Assembly (NCBI GenBank): GCA_045863395.1
Contig: BTVJ01000030.1
Location: 24,225-88,224 of the forward strand
DNA: 64,000 nucleotides
Direction: 5' to 3'
DNA from: Myxococcales bacterium
GTDB lineage: Bacteria > Myxococcota_A > UBA9042 > JABWCM01 > BTVJ01
Of this stretch, positions 13,737-23,988 are shown one piece after another; position 1 is the stretch's first letter; each line of letters starts with the position of its first letter. The notes beneath the pieces are model-generated. The model saw only the letters and a list, made by a program, of their open reading frames with translations, ran no database searches and was not told the DNA's origin. A program made the position numbers and the translations under genes.

Positions 13737-15431
13737 TCAAAATCGGTAATAGTAACAGCGGTCATGACAGGCTCCATCCGCGCAAATCGAGGGCGGTACG
13801 CAGTCAGCGGATGACAGGCACGTCTCTCCCTCCTTGCTGAGGGCTCCACATCCAACCTCGCCTCTCCCGCAGAGTAGTGGTTCCGCGCAGTCGCCGTGCG
13901 ACGCGCAGCGTTCACCAGAAGAAGCGGGTGGGTGGCACAGAGGGGGTACGAAGCCCTCATTGCATCGCAGACCACTCTCGCAGTCGGTTGACTCGCCGCA
14001 GGGTTGCCCCGCTTGTCGCAGAGCCTGGCATGTGCTCCCCTCCGTCGAACTGCAAAACAGTCCGGACTCGCAGTGCGCCAAGGTCGAACACGAATCACCC
14101 AAAGAACCTTGAACCTGACATGATCCCGCACGGCACACGAACGAAGCCTCGCAGTCTTCATCTCGCCAGCAGGACATTCCGGGTTGGCGAGTACCTGCAT
14201 TCGGCAGGCATCGAGGGCGAATGCAGGGTACCGGCCGAGATACCGAAGTGTAATAACCGTCCCCTAACGGAACACACTCGTCGAAATACCTCCACTCACA
14301 GGAGTGCTCCCAGCAGCCCCCTTCGGTCCAGCCAATGAAGTTGCCGCAGGACGCCCCGGGGCCACACTGATAATCCGTGACGCATGCCTCGCCGAACGGG
14401 TTCTGGCACGTCCCCCCACTGCAGACTAGACTCTTCGGCATGCAGTCCTGATGCTCTGAGCATGGTGCGCCAAGGTCTCCACTGGATGGTGTGCAGAAAC
14501 CCGGGTATCCCGCGCAGACTGTCCCGCGTATGCATGCATCAGGGTGGAGGCATGACTCCTGGGCCAACCTGCCCGGCTGACAGATCCCCTTGAAGCACAC
14601 GTCATTCGGAAGGCACTCCTCGGTCGCAGCGCATGGACACGCGGTTGGAACGGGAGTTCCGCAGTAGCCCAATTCGCTCGGATGCGGCTCCTTGGAGAAT
14701 TGCACGATACAGACCAGGCCCGCTTCGCAGTCCGCCGAAGCCGCACAGCTCTCGTTCAGTCCTCTGGATCCCTCGACAGGGGCACATGCCTCCACGTATT
14801 TCAAGAAGTCAGGGAAGTGCGTCGTGCAGTGCAATGGCTTGACGTGGGGAGCGCACCACATGCAGGGTTCATTCTCGCAGCCCACGTCCCACTCCGTGTA
14901 CGAGTCGTAGCAGAGCCAATCGTCTACGGTGTTCCAGAACGTCATCCGTCGGGAAGGGCCACCAAGGAGCACCTGGCAGCGCCCGGCGCCGCAGTCGTCG
15001 TCCGACGAGCAAGATGCGTAGATCGGAATGTAGTTCTGCGCCAGGTCGGGCTCCCGGGGCCCAGGGCACAGCGTTGCGGTGATCACCACCTCGACGCCGC
15101 ACTCTGCTGTGCCAGGCCGAGCGTCACAATCTGGTGACGTGCACGCGGCCACGAAGTGAAGGGCAATCGATAGTGACGCCAGCGCGGCGAAGCCGTAGAA
15201 TCCTGCAGTCGAACCTCGCCAGGCGAACACAGGTCGACCTGGCCGTAGACAGTACCCGGCGACTTGCGCTCGTCTCCTTGGCGACACTGGCACGGATACC
15301 GCGAGAGCGGGGTCCAGCGGAAGGCGCCGCGTGGAGCCGTCCCTCGCGCCGGCAGTCTCAGGTCCGATCTCAGCGGCGGCCCCGGCCGTCAGTTCGATGC
15401 GCGTGGTGAACCCGTCGTTCATCGAGGCCAA
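13737..15431 (-). CDS. Cys-rich secreted/lipoprotein with GxxC-5x-C-GLxC (Dickkopf/EB-like) repeats; true start probably downstream of 15431
   Basis: Hydrophobic stretch ending VAAC; repeated GESCxxxxDCxxGLxC units; lower GC than neighbours. Confidence 0.65.
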   Translation of the reverse strand: MASMNDGFTTRIELTAGAAAEIGPETAGARDGSTRRLPLDPALAVSVPVSPRRRAQVAGYCLRPGRPVFAWRGSTAGFYGFAALASLSIALHFVAACTSPDCDARPGTAECGVEVVITATLCPGPREPDLAQNYIPIYASCSSDDDCGAGRCQVLLGGPSRRMTFWNTVDDWLCYDSYTEWDVGCENEPCMWCAPHVKPLHCTTHFPDFLKYVEACAPVEGSRGLNESCAASADCEAGLVCIVQFSKEPHPSELGYCGTPVPTACPCAATEECLPNDVCFKGICQPGRLAQESCLHPDACIRGTVCAGYPGFCTPSSGDLGAPCSEHQDCMPKSLVCSGGTCQNPFGEACVTDYQCGPGASCGNFIGWTEGGCWEHSCEWRYFDECVPLGDGYYTSVSRPVPCIRPRCLPNAGTRQPGMSCWRDEDCEASFVCRAGSCQVQGSLGDSCSTLAHCESGLFCSSTEGSTCQALRQAGQPCGESTDCESGLRCNEGFVPPLCHPPASSGERCASHGDCAEPLLCGRGEVGCGALSKEGETCLSSADCVPPSICADGACHDRCYYYRF

Positions 15432-15700
15432 TCTACCGCGCGTCGCACGCAGCGTACAGTTGAAACGACCGAACCGACGTGGCGGGCTTTGGGGGCGTCC
15501 AGCGAAGACGCCGCTTCCTCACCTCTCCGCGGGCGGTCCCGTGACCGGAACTGCATTGTGACGGGCCCGGGGGGGCCAGGGTGGAGCCCGGTAGGGAAGC
15601 GACCGTGGGGCCGGGTGGTTACCGACCGACCAGGCGTTGACCCCGGGCACGCTTCGGGCGTAGGTTGAGGTCAGGTCGAGCCTTCCCGAGGAGAGTTCAG

Positions 15701-16621
15701 ATGCAGCGAAGCACACCGCTCTGGCTCGGTGCCCTCTGCTCAGTCGGGGTACTCGCGATGCCGTCTGTCACGCGTGCGTCGTGCCAGGCACTGACTCCCG
15801 CGGAACCGCTGACCGTCATTCCCGCGGACGGGGAGACCGGAGTCCCCACGGACGCCCACCTCTGGGTGCTCGCCGGCTTCGGCGTCGACGCGGAGCTGAC
15901 GCTCGAGGGAGGTGTGACGGGGACGCTCGTCACGGGGGCAGGGCCCTGGAAGGAGTACGCGCTCGCCGGGGTGGGCCCCGGGGACACGGTGACGTGGCGG
16001 GTTGCCCTCGGGCAGTCGGGCGACCAGATGGCCACCTTCGGGCCATTCACCTTCCAGGTCGGCGAGGCGGCGGCGGCGGCCGTCGTGACGCCCGCGCTCG
16101 AGCATCTGGAGGTCGTGCCGGGCGCGTCGCTGACCGGTTCGTGTGAAGGGCTCCTCTCCCTCCAGGAGTGCTTCGATACGGGTCAGGACACCCTCGTGCG
16201 GGTGCACGTGGCGTCCCAGGCCGGGGCGGTGCTCTACCGGACCTGCCAGGAGTCGACGGGGAGCACCGGGGGCTGCGGGATCGCCTTTTCGGTTCCCGCC
16301 TCCTGTCCGCCCGCCGCCTACGTACACTCGATCACGGCGGCCGGGAGTCCGGCAGCTTGCTTCCGAGTCCAGGCGATCGGAGCCTCGGGGGCGGTCTCGG
16401 GCACGCTCGTCGCGTGTACGGACGGCACCGTCTCGACGCCCGGCGGGGATGGCGCCGGCGGAGGCGACGGGGGCGGCATGGGAGCGGACGCCGGAGCTGG
16501 GGCCGGAGGCTCCGGTGGCTGCGGCACGTCCTCGGGACGCCCTGAGACATCGGCGCTCGTCGCGCTCCTCCTGGTTGCCGCGGGGCTCGTGTGGTACCGA
16601 AAATGGGCAGGTTCGGTGTGA
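15701..16621 (+). CDS. Secreted protein with Ig-like region and MYXO-CTERM-like C-terminal anchor
   Basis: Signal peptide; PADGETGVPTD Ig-like start; tail GGSGGCG...LVALLLVAAGLVWYRK. Confidence 0.7.
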   Translation: MQRSTPLWLGALCSVGVLAMPSVTRASCQALTPAEPLTVIPADGETGVPTDAHLWVLAGFGVDAELTLEGGVTGTLVTGAGPWKEYALAGVGPGDTVTWRVALGQSGDQMATFGPFTFQVGEAAAAAVVTPALEHLEVVPGASLTGSCEGLLSLQECFDTGQDTLVRVHVASQAGAVLYRTCQESTGSTGGCGIAFSVPASCPPAAYVHSITAAGSPAACFRVQAIGASGAVSGTLVACTDGTVSTPGGDGAGGGDGGGMGADAGAGAGGSGGCGTSSGRPETSALVALLLVAAGLVWYRKWAGSV

Positions 16622-16652
16622 GTCGCCGCGATGGCGGAGGTCCCCAAGCGGG

Positions 16653-19600
16653 CTAGAGAGGGTCGTAGCACCCGATGCTGACAGTCGCCGACGGGGTCGC
16701 CCCGGGCGCCTCCGGCGTGTTCGCCTCCAGGACGATGCACCACTCTTGGTTGGGCCCGGTGGCGGTGAAGTGGAGTGGCTTGCCGGGCGTGGACTTGGTG
16801 GTGTGGGTGCAGTGGAAGGCGTTGCAGCTTCCGCCCACCTTGGCCCACGCGAAGAGGATCATGGCCTTCTCGGACGCCGTGTCTCCCAGCCACACCGAGT
16901 ACTTGCCCGCGGACGGTGCGAAGAAGGTGAAGCGGCGCTCGTTGCCCAGGGGCGCGTTGCCGCAGGTGTCGCCGTAGTTGCCGAGCTGGTCCGGCTGCCA
17001 CCCCGCGGAGCCGCAGGTGATGGCGGTGCTGCAGGTGAGGGTCTCGTTGGTCGAGCAGGTCTTCGACGTCGGACAGCGGGTGGAGTAATAGACCGTGCCG
17101 GCGGTTGCCACCGTGTCCAAGGTCACGAGCTGGTGAATCCACGGCTCGGATCCCGTCAGCTTGGACACCTTCTGACACGTGCCGCCGACGAGCGGCTTCA
17201 CGCATTGGGACGGCACCGCCCCGTCGCTGCCCATGTCTCCGACAACGAAGGCCGTGCCCGTCGCCCCAGCGGCATAGTCCACGCAGACCTCCTGATCCAA
17301 GGCTGGCAGACAGACCAGGGTCTCGCCGCCCGGGTAGGAGCCGCCGGTGCAGCCTCCGCCGTAGCTCAGGATCTTGCCGACCGTGTTGGGCGCGCCCGCA
17401 ACGCCAAACGGGCAGGGCTTGGCCGAGTGCGCCGGCTGGCAGCACCAGGACTGGGCGCCTGCGCACGTCCCTGCCTCAGTGCAGGAGTCGTCCACCGTGC
17501 AGGGATCGCCGTCGTCGCAGGAGCTCCCCGTTTTTGGGGTGTAGACGCAGCCGGAGGCCGGGACGCACGCATCCGACGTGCAGAGGTTGTTGTCGTTGCA
17601 CACTGGCGCGCCAGTCCCCACGCAGACCCCGTTGGAGCAGGAGTCCGACAGGGTGCAGGCGTTGCCGTCGTTGCAGGAGCCACTCACGTTTGCGTAGACG
17701 CAGCCCTGTCCCACCTTGCAGGAGTCCGAGGTGCAGACGTTGCCATCGTCGCAGTTCAAGCTCCCCGTCCCGATACACACACCCGATTGACACGTATCTG
17801 TTGGGGTGCACGGGTTTCCGTCCGTGCAGGGGCCTCCAGAGGCCGGGGCGTGGGCGCAGCCGCTCGCCGGGACGCAGGAGTCTGTCGTGCATGGGTCCCC
17901 GTCGTCGCAGTCGAGGGGCGTAGTCCCCACGCAGACTCCGCCGCTGCACGCATCCACGGTCGTACACTTGCTGCCGTCGTCGCAGCCCCCGGCCGCAGGC
18001 GCATTGACGCAGCCCGACGCAGGCGCGCACGAGTCTGCGGTGCACGGGTTTCCATCGTTGCAGTTGGGGGCGGCGCCCCCGACACACGCGCCCCCCTGGC
18101 ACTTGTCTCCCGTCGTGCAGGCGTCGTTGTCGTTGCACGCGAGGGTGTTGGGTGGGTAGACGCATCCCACGCCGGCCTGGCACCCGTCGTTCGTACAGGG
18201 GTTGCCGTCGACGCACGCCAGCACTCCCGTCCCCACGCAGGCCCCGCCGCTGCATGTGTCCGTGGGTGTGCATGGGTCTCCGTCGTCGCAGGCCCCGCCG
18301 GTCGCCGGCGAGAAGGTGCAGCCGAAGGGCTCGGCGCAGGAGTCTGTCGTGCAGGGGTCTCCGTCCACGCAGGTCTTGGGCGTGCCTCCGCAGATTCCGC
18401 CGCTGCACGTATCGCTCACGGTGCAGGTCTTGCCGTCGTCACAGCTCGCCGTGTTCGGTGTCGCCTTGCAGCCGACCCCGGCCTGGCACGAGTCGTCGGT
18501 GCACGGGTTGCCGTCGTTGCAGATGGTCGGCGCCGTCCCCGTGCAGACTCCTCCCGCACACTGCGACGCGCTGGTGCAGGGCTCCCCATCGTCGCAGGTC
18601 ACCGCGTTGAACGTCGTGAAGCACCCACTCGCAGCATTGCAGCCATCGTCGGTGCAGGGGTTGCCGTCGTTGCAGGCCAGCGCGCTGCCCTTGCAGGCCC
18701 CGCCCGCGCACGCATCTGCCACCGTACAGGCGTCCCCGTCGTTGCAGGGCGCCACGTTGGGCGTGAACACGCACGCGACGTCCGAGCTCGGGGCGTTCGG
18801 GTTGCACGAGTCGTCCGTGCAGCCGTTGGAGTCGTTGCAGACCTTGGCCGCCCCGGGAGTGCAGGCCCCCGACTTGCAGACGTCGCCCACCGTGCAGGCG
18901 CTGCCGTCGCTGCACGCCTGGCCGTTGGGCGTGAAGACGCAGCCCACCCCCGGCTTGCAGGAGTCGTCCGTGCACGGGTTGTTGTCGTTGCACACCAGGG
19001 CGGCGCCGGCGCAGTTTCCACCCGTACACGAGTCGGGGCCCGTGCAGGAGTCTCCGTCCGAGCAGTTGGCGCCGTCGGCCAGGGAGATTGGCGGGGTGCA
19101 GCCGCCACCCGGCTCGCAGAAGCTCTGCATGCACGGGTCCGCCTGGGTGCAGTCGACGCTGGTGCCACCCACGCACATCGTGCCGACGCACTGGTCGCCG
19201 AAGGTGCAGGCGTCCCCGTCCTCGCAGGGGCCCACCAGCGGCGTGTGGGCGCACCCGGTCAGCTTGTCGCAGGAGTCCACGGTGCAGGAGCTGCCGTCAT
19301 CGCAGAGGTCGGGGGCGCCCGAGCAGACTCCTGCCTTGCAGACGTCTCCGCTCGTGCAGGCGTCGCCGTCGCTGCATTGCAGGGTGTTGTTCTGGTAGAG
19401 ACACCCGGTGGCGGCCGCGCAGGAGTCCGTGGTGCAGGGGTTGCCGTCGTTGCACACCACGGGCGTGCCTGCGCACTGGCCCTGGACGTTGCACGCGTCC
19501 GTCGCGGTGCAGGCGTTGCCATCGTCGCAGGGGCCGCTCAGCACCGTGTGGGTGCAGCCGCTGGCGGGGTTGCAGCCGTCCTCCGTGCAGGGGCTCCCGT

Positions 19601-21230
19601 CATTGCATCCGGTCGGGGCCCCCTTGCACTCGCCGCCCGTGCAGATGTCGCCCGTGGTGCAGGCGTTGCCATCGTCGCAGGCGCCGGGCTTTGGCGTGTG
19701 CAGGCAGCCGAGCTCCGCCGTGCAGGAGTCCGTGGTACACGAGTTTCCGTCGTCGCAGGTCAGTACGAACGCGGGGACGCACTCCCCGCCCTGACAGGCA
19801 TCCCCGGACGAGCAGGCGTTGCCGTCGTCGCAGGGGCCTGGGACCGGGGTGTGGGTGCAGCCCGTCTTCACGTCGCAGCCGTCCGCCGTGCAGGGGTTGG
19901 CGTCGTCGCAGGAGAGCGTCGCCCCGGCCAGGCAGGTCCCGCCCGCGCACAGCCCGTCGCCCGTGCACGCGTCGCCGTCGTCGCAGATGGCCGCGTTGTT
20001 CACGAAGGTGCAGCCGCTCTTGGGGCTGCACCCGTCGTTGGTGCAGGGGTTGCCGTCGCTGCACGGGAGTGGCGGTCCCCCGGCGCACACTCCCCCGGCG
20101 CACGTGTCGTCCGTGGTGCAGAGGCTCCCATCGTCGCACGGTAGAGAGTTGTGGGCATGGGTGCATCCCGACGCCGGAGCGCAGCCATCGTCCGTGCACT
20201 CGTTGCCATCGTCGCAGCCCTTCGCGGCCCCACCGAGACACTCTCCGGCCGCGCACTGGTCGCCCGTCGTGCAGGCGTCGCCGTCGTCGCAGGGGCCGCT
20301 CCCCGGCTGGTGGGTGCACCCTGTGGCAGGGTCGCAGGCGCTCGTCGTGCAGGGGTTGCCGTCGTCGCAAGGTGCCGGCTCGGCCAGGCATCCGGTCACC
20401 GGGTCGCAGCCGTCGTCGGTGCACGCGTCTCCGTCGTCGCACGCCACCGCCGCGTGCGCGCACCCGCTGGTCGTGTCGCACGAGTCCACCGTGCAGGCGT
20501 CCCCGTCGTCGCAGGAGTCCGGCTCGTGGGTGCAGCCGGTCCCCGAGACGCAGACGTCGACCGTGCAGGCGTCCCCGTCGGGGCAGGGGAGGGGCCCGAA
20601 GACACAGCCACTGAGGGGATCACACGAGTCCACCGTGCATGGCTCGCCGTCGTGGCAGGTGGCGGGCGGGTGGACGCAGCCTGTACCCGGGGCGCACAGA
20701 TCCTCCGTGCAGGGGTCGTCGTCGTCGCACACGGCGGGGACGTGAGCGCACCCGCCCTGGTCACAGCCGTCGTCGGTGCAGGGGTCGCCGTCGTCGCAGT
20801 CCGCTGGGATGCAGGCCGTCACGTCCCCGTCGTCGTGCGTGTCCGTCGCGTCCCCGCTGTCCTCTGTACCCCCGGCGTCCCCGGCGTCCCCGGCGTCCCC
20901 GGCGTCCCCGGCGCCTCCGTCAACCGCGCCACCGTCCCCGCTTTCCGAATCTCCACTGTCTCCGCCGGCGTCCACCACGTCCGGTCCCCCGGCCACGTCG
21001 GGCGCCACGTCGGGCGCCGCCGGGCCCGAGGTGTCCCCAACCGAATCCGCCCCCGTGTCTGCCAAGGCACCCCCACTGACACACAGCCCGCGCTCCGCGC
21101 CCGCCGCGCGCTCACAGCGCCACCCCGCCCCGCACTCCTCGTCGGAGGCACAGGCGTACCTCTCGGCGTCCACGTCGAAGGCCGCGCACCCGCTCAGGAT
21201 CAGCGTGATCAGTAGAGAGGCTCGCCCCAC
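16653..21230 (-). CDS. Giant Cys-rich repeat lipoprotein (CDDGxPCTxDxC repeats)
   Basis: Lipobox LSGC; acidic linker; dozens of ~24-26 aa CDDGNPCTxD units; non-repetitive C-terminal ~250 aa. Confidence 0.85.
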   Translation of the reverse strand: MGRASLLITLILSGCAAFDVDAERYACASDEECGAGWRCERAAGAERGLCVSGGALADTGADSVGDTSGPAAPDVAPDVAGGPDVVDAGGDSGDSESGDGGAVDGGAGDAGDAGDAGDAGGTEDSGDATDTHDDGDVTACIPADCDDGDPCTDDGCDQGGCAHVPAVCDDDDPCTEDLCAPGTGCVHPPATCHDGEPCTVDSCDPLSGCVFGPLPCPDGDACTVDVCVSGTGCTHEPDSCDDGDACTVDSCDTTSGCAHAAVACDDGDACTDDGCDPVTGCLAEPAPCDDGNPCTTSACDPATGCTHQPGSGPCDDGDACTTGDQCAAGECLGGAAKGCDDGNECTDDGCAPASGCTHAHNSLPCDDGSLCTTDDTCAGGVCAGGPPLPCSDGNPCTNDGCSPKSGCTFVNNAAICDDGDACTGDGLCAGGTCLAGATLSCDDANPCTADGCDVKTGCTHTPVPGPCDDGNACSSGDACQGGECVPAFVLTCDDGNSCTTDSCTAELGCLHTPKPGACDDGNACTTGDICTGGECKGAPTGCNDGSPCTEDGCNPASGCTHTVLSGPCDDGNACTATDACNVQGQCAGTPVVCNDGNPCTTDSCAAATGCLYQNNTLQCSDGDACTSGDVCKAGVCSGAPDLCDDGSSCTVDSCDKLTGCAHTPLVGPCEDGDACTFGDQCVGTMCVGGTSVDCTQADPCMQSFCEPGGGCTPPISLADGANCSDGDSCTGPDSCTGGNCAGAALVCNDNNPCTDDSCKPGVGCVFTPNGQACSDGSACTVGDVCKSGACTPGAAKVCNDSNGCTDDSCNPNAPSSDVACVFTPNVAPCNDGDACTVADACAGGACKGSALACNDGNPCTDDGCNAASGCFTTFNAVTCDDGEPCTSASQCAGGVCTGTAPTICNDGNPCTDDSCQAGVGCKATPNTASCDDGKTCTVSDTCSGGICGGTPKTCVDGDPCTTDSCAEPFGCTFSPATGGACDDGDPCTPTDTCSGGACVGTGVLACVDGNPCTNDGCQAGVGCVYPPNTLACNDNDACTTGDKCQGGACVGGAAPNCNDGNPCTADSCAPASGCVNAPAAGGCDDGSKCTTVDACSGGVCVGTTPLDCDDGDPCTTDSCVPASGCAHAPASGGPCTDGNPCTPTDTCQSGVCIGTGSLNCDDGNVCTSDSCKVGQGCVYANVSGSCNDGNACTLSDSCSNGVCVGTGAPVCNDNNLCTSDACVPASGCVYTPKTGSSCDDGDPCTVDDSCTEAGTCAGAQSWCCQPAHSAKPCPFGVAGAPNTVGKILSYGGGCTGGSYPGGETLVCLPALDQEVCVDYAAGATGTAFVVGDMGSDGAVPSQCVKPLVGGTCQKVSKLTGSEPWIHQLVTLDTVATAGTVYYSTRCPTSKTCSTNETLTCSTAITCGSAGWQPDQLGNYGDTCGNAPLGNERRFTFFAPSAGKYSVWLGDTASEKAMILFAWAKVGGSCNAFHCTHTTKSTPGKPLHFTATGPNQEWCIVLEANTPEAPGATPSATVSIGCYDPL
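20870..20913. repeat. In-frame 9-bp tandem repeat (CCCCGGCGT, ~4.9 copies) encoding GDAGDAGDAG
   Basis: Read directly from sequence. Confidence 0.85.
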
Positions 21231-22175
21231 TCAGAACCTCCCCCCGATGACTGCGCCGGCGGCCCCGGGGGCCACCCACACGGACTGCGGCTCGTCCCCG
21301 ATGAGCAGCAGCACCACCCCCGTCGCCAGCGCCGCCCCTCCCCCCACCAGCAGGGCGATCCCCGCCGCGGACTTGGCCTCCGCGCTCTGCTCCAGCTCCA
21401 GCGCCTCTGCCCGGGACAGACCCACGATGGCCCCCGTCCCGTCTCGCTCGGCGTCGTCCACGGTGCCCTTGTCGGCGAAGCCCAGCGCCACCAGGGTCGC
21501 CCCGCCAGCGATCAGCGCGCCCCCGGCTCCAATCGTGGCCCACCCCCAGTCTCTCATGGGGGTCCCCACCTCCACCACCACCGGGTCGGTCACCACCGGC
21601 GTCTCCACCACCGGGACCTCCACCGGCAGCGCAGGCAGCTCCACCGCCAGCTCCACCACCTCGCCGGGCACCACCGTCACGACCGCCTTCACGTCCTTGC
21701 GCCCGTCCGCCCGAATCACGACCTCGTGCGTGCCGGTCGCCAGCAGCGCTCGCTTCAGCGGCGCCGCCGCGGCCTCCCCCCCGTCCACAGAGACCCGCGC
21801 GCCCTCCGCATCGGCGCTCACGCTGAGCCACCCCTTCCCGAACGCCACCTTGCACGACACGAGCCGCTCCATGGCGCTCTTGCGCTCCGAGTCGTCGGGT
21901 GCGCCCGCCAGGTAGCGCTCGTAGGCGTCGATGGCCCGCTCATACTCGCCGACCGCCTCCAGGCTGCGGCCGATGTTCCACATGAGCCGGGCGTCGGGGC
22001 GCAGCGAGTAGGCGCGCTCCAGCAGATCCGCGGCCTTCAGGAACTCCCCCGCCGCGAAGGCCTCCTTGGCGCGCGTGTAGACGGTCTCGAAGGACTCGGG
22101 CTGCGGCGCCTGAGCCGCGGCCGGCGTCGCTCCGAGGAGCGCCGCGAGCGCCCACGCGCGGTGCCTCCCTACCAC
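21231..22175 (-). CDS. TPR + PEGA domain protein with C-terminal membrane segments
   Basis: Signal peptide; AADLLERAY...LMWNIGRSLE TPR; PEGA GARVSVDG...GTHEVVIRADG; GTG overlaps the kinase stop. Confidence 0.82.
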   Translation of the reverse strand: MVGRHRAWALAALLGATPAAAQAPQPESFETVYTRAKEAFAAGEFLKAADLLERAYSLRPDARLMWNIGRSLEAVGEYERAIDAYERYLAGAPDDSERKSAMERLVSCKVAFGKGWLSVSADAEGARVSVDGGEAAAAPLKRALLATGTHEVVIRADGRKDVKAVVTVVPGEVVELAVELPALPVEVPVVETPVVTDPVVVEVGTPMRDWGWATIGAGGALIAGGATLVALGFADKGTVDDAERDGTGAIVGLSRAEALELEQSAEAKSAAGIALLVGGGAALATGVVLLLIGDEPQSVWVAPGAAGAVIGGRF

Positions 22176-23872
22176 TTCTCGACCTCCACGGGCCCCTTGG
22201 GGCCCTTGGGATCCTTGCCCTCCTTCGGGTCTCGGGGCTCCTTCGGCCCGCCCCCCGTTCGCACGCGGCGCAGGGTGGGGCGGACCTTCTCTCCGGCGGC
22301 GGCGACGAAGCGCTCCTCGTGGGGCTGGTAGCCGCGAAGCTCGAAGCGGACGCTCTCCTCGGCACCGGGCTCCGTCTGCACGTCCACGGGGGTGGTCCCG
22401 ACGTTCTGCCCATGGAAGATCACGCTGGCCCCGACCGGGTCGCTGTCGATGGTGACCGTGATCTGCGAAGGCGCGACATCCGCGGCCGCGCCCGAGGCGC
22501 TGCCCGCCGCGTCGTCCACCAGGGCGATCTCGTCCAGCTCCAGGGCCGGCTCGTCCGTGTCGACGGCCGCGGGCGCATCCGCTGCGGGTGAGCCAGCGTC
22601 GAGGTCCGCGGCTCCTGAGTCGCTCTGCGCTGCGGCGGCCCCCGCGTCGCTCGGTGCGCTGGCAACTCCCCCGCCGCCGGCGACCACGACGCTCCCCGCC
22701 TCCCCGGTCCCGACGCTCGCGGCGATGGCCCACGCCGCCACCCCCAGCACTGCCAGCGCCGCCAGCGCCACGGGCCACCGCGCGCGGCCCCTCGCCACTG
22801 GCACACGCTGGAAGGACCCCGTCTCCCCCGAGGTCACCACGACCTTGGGCATCGCGGGGATGGCGACGGTCGCCTGGTCGGGCGGGATGGGCGGCTTCTT
22901 CGGCACCAGCCGGGGGCGCGCGGTCTTGGCCTCGGCGTAGCAGGCCTCCAGGGCGTCGATGACGGCCTCGGCGGACTGGAACCGGTCCTCCGGGCTCTTG
23001 GCCAGGAGCTTCAGGATCACGGCCTCCAGCCCGGGCGGCACCTGGTAGGGCGCGAGATCCGACGGGGACGGCGGCGCCTGGTTGATGTGCTTGAACAGGA
23101 TCCCATAGGGGGTCGTGTCCGTGAACGGCGCCTGCCCCGCCACCATCCGAAACAGCACGCACCCGAGCGAGTACAGGTCCCCCCGCGCATCGAACTGCCC
23201 CTTGCCAGCCTGCTCGGGGGCCATGTAGGTGGGCGTCCCCAGGAGCTGCCCGGTCAGCGTCAGCTCTTCGCCGGCCGAGTCGTCCGTGAAGCGCGCGACC
23301 CCGAAGTCGAGCACCTTCACGTAGTCCTTCTCGCCGTAGAAGTCCGTCAGGAAGATGTTGGCCGGCTTCAGGTCGCGGTGCACGATGCCCGCGGCGTGGG
23401 AGGCCCCGAGCGCCTTGGCGATCTGGATGCCGATGCGCACGATGCGGCCGGGCGCGAACGCCCCCTCCAGGTCCAGGGCCCGCCCGAGCGTGCGCCCCGA
23501 CAGGAGCTCCATGGCCAGGTAGAAGTCCCCGGAGTCGGCGTGCCCGTAGTCGAAGACCCGCACGGTGTTCGGGTGGTCCACGCGCGACGACGCCTGCATC
23601 TCCCGATAGAAGCGCTGCGCCCCTCCGAGGTTGCTCTGGACGTGGCGCTTGAGGACCTTGAGGGCGACCAGCCGGTCCATGGAGACCTGGCGCGCCTTGA
23701 AGACGGTCCCCATGCCGCCGGCGCCGATGGGCTCCATGATCTCGTAGCGCCCCGCGAACAGCGTGCCGACCAGCGGGTCCGGGCCGTCGTCCGCCATGGT
23801 CGGCAGGTTGCACAGCGCGCACACCTGCGCCTCGGTCTGGCCATGGCACTTTGGACACACGCGCTGGGACAT
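22169..23872 (-). CDS. Membrane Ser/Thr kinase with N-terminal zinc ribbon and C-terminal PEGA domain
   Basis: CPKC...CALC; GAGGMG, HRDLKPAN, DFG, GTPTYMAPE; TM; IDSDPVGA...GTTP PEGA. Confidence 0.92.
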   Translation of the reverse strand: MSQRVCPKCHGQTEAQVCALCNLPTMADDGPDPLVGTLFAGRYEIMEPIGAGGMGTVFKARQVSMDRLVALKVLKRHVQSNLGGAQRFYREMQASSRVDHPNTVRVFDYGHADSGDFYLAMELLSGRTLGRALDLEGAFAPGRIVRIGIQIAKALGASHAAGIVHRDLKPANIFLTDFYGEKDYVKVLDFGVARFTDDSAGEELTLTGQLLGTPTYMAPEQAGKGQFDARGDLYSLGCVLFRMVAGQAPFTDTTPYGILFKHINQAPPSPSDLAPYQVPPGLEAVILKLLAKSPEDRFQSAEAVIDALEACYAEAKTARPRLVPKKPPIPPDQATVAIPAMPKVVVTSGETGSFQRVPVARGRARWPVALAALAVLGVAAWAIAASVGTGEAGSVVVAGGGGVASAPSDAGAAAAQSDSGAADLDAGSPAADAPAAVDTDEPALELDEIALVDDAAGSASGAAADVAPSQITVTIDSDPVGASVIFHGQNVGTTPVDVQTEPGAEESVRFELRGYQPHEERFVAAAGEKVRPTLRRVRTGGGPKEPRDPKEGKDPKGPKGPVEVEKW

Positions 23873-23988
23873 CGCACACGCTGGGCTCAGTCGCCCCGTC
23901 TGACCTTGTCGAATTCCCCGCCGAATGCTACCACCGCGTCTCCGCATGCGGCAACGCGCACGTCAGGCAACGATTACACCACGCACCC

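Noticed and set aside
15432..15700. Intergenic region checked for riboswitch or ncRNA
   Set aside because: No recognisable conserved motif by eye; an Rfam scan would be needed
16143..20144. 1333-aa + strand ORF, and similar QGSPSSQ-repeat ORFs at 18202-20745 and 50286-53003
   Set aside because: Antisense shadows of the Cys-rich repeat genes, expected in high-GC DNA
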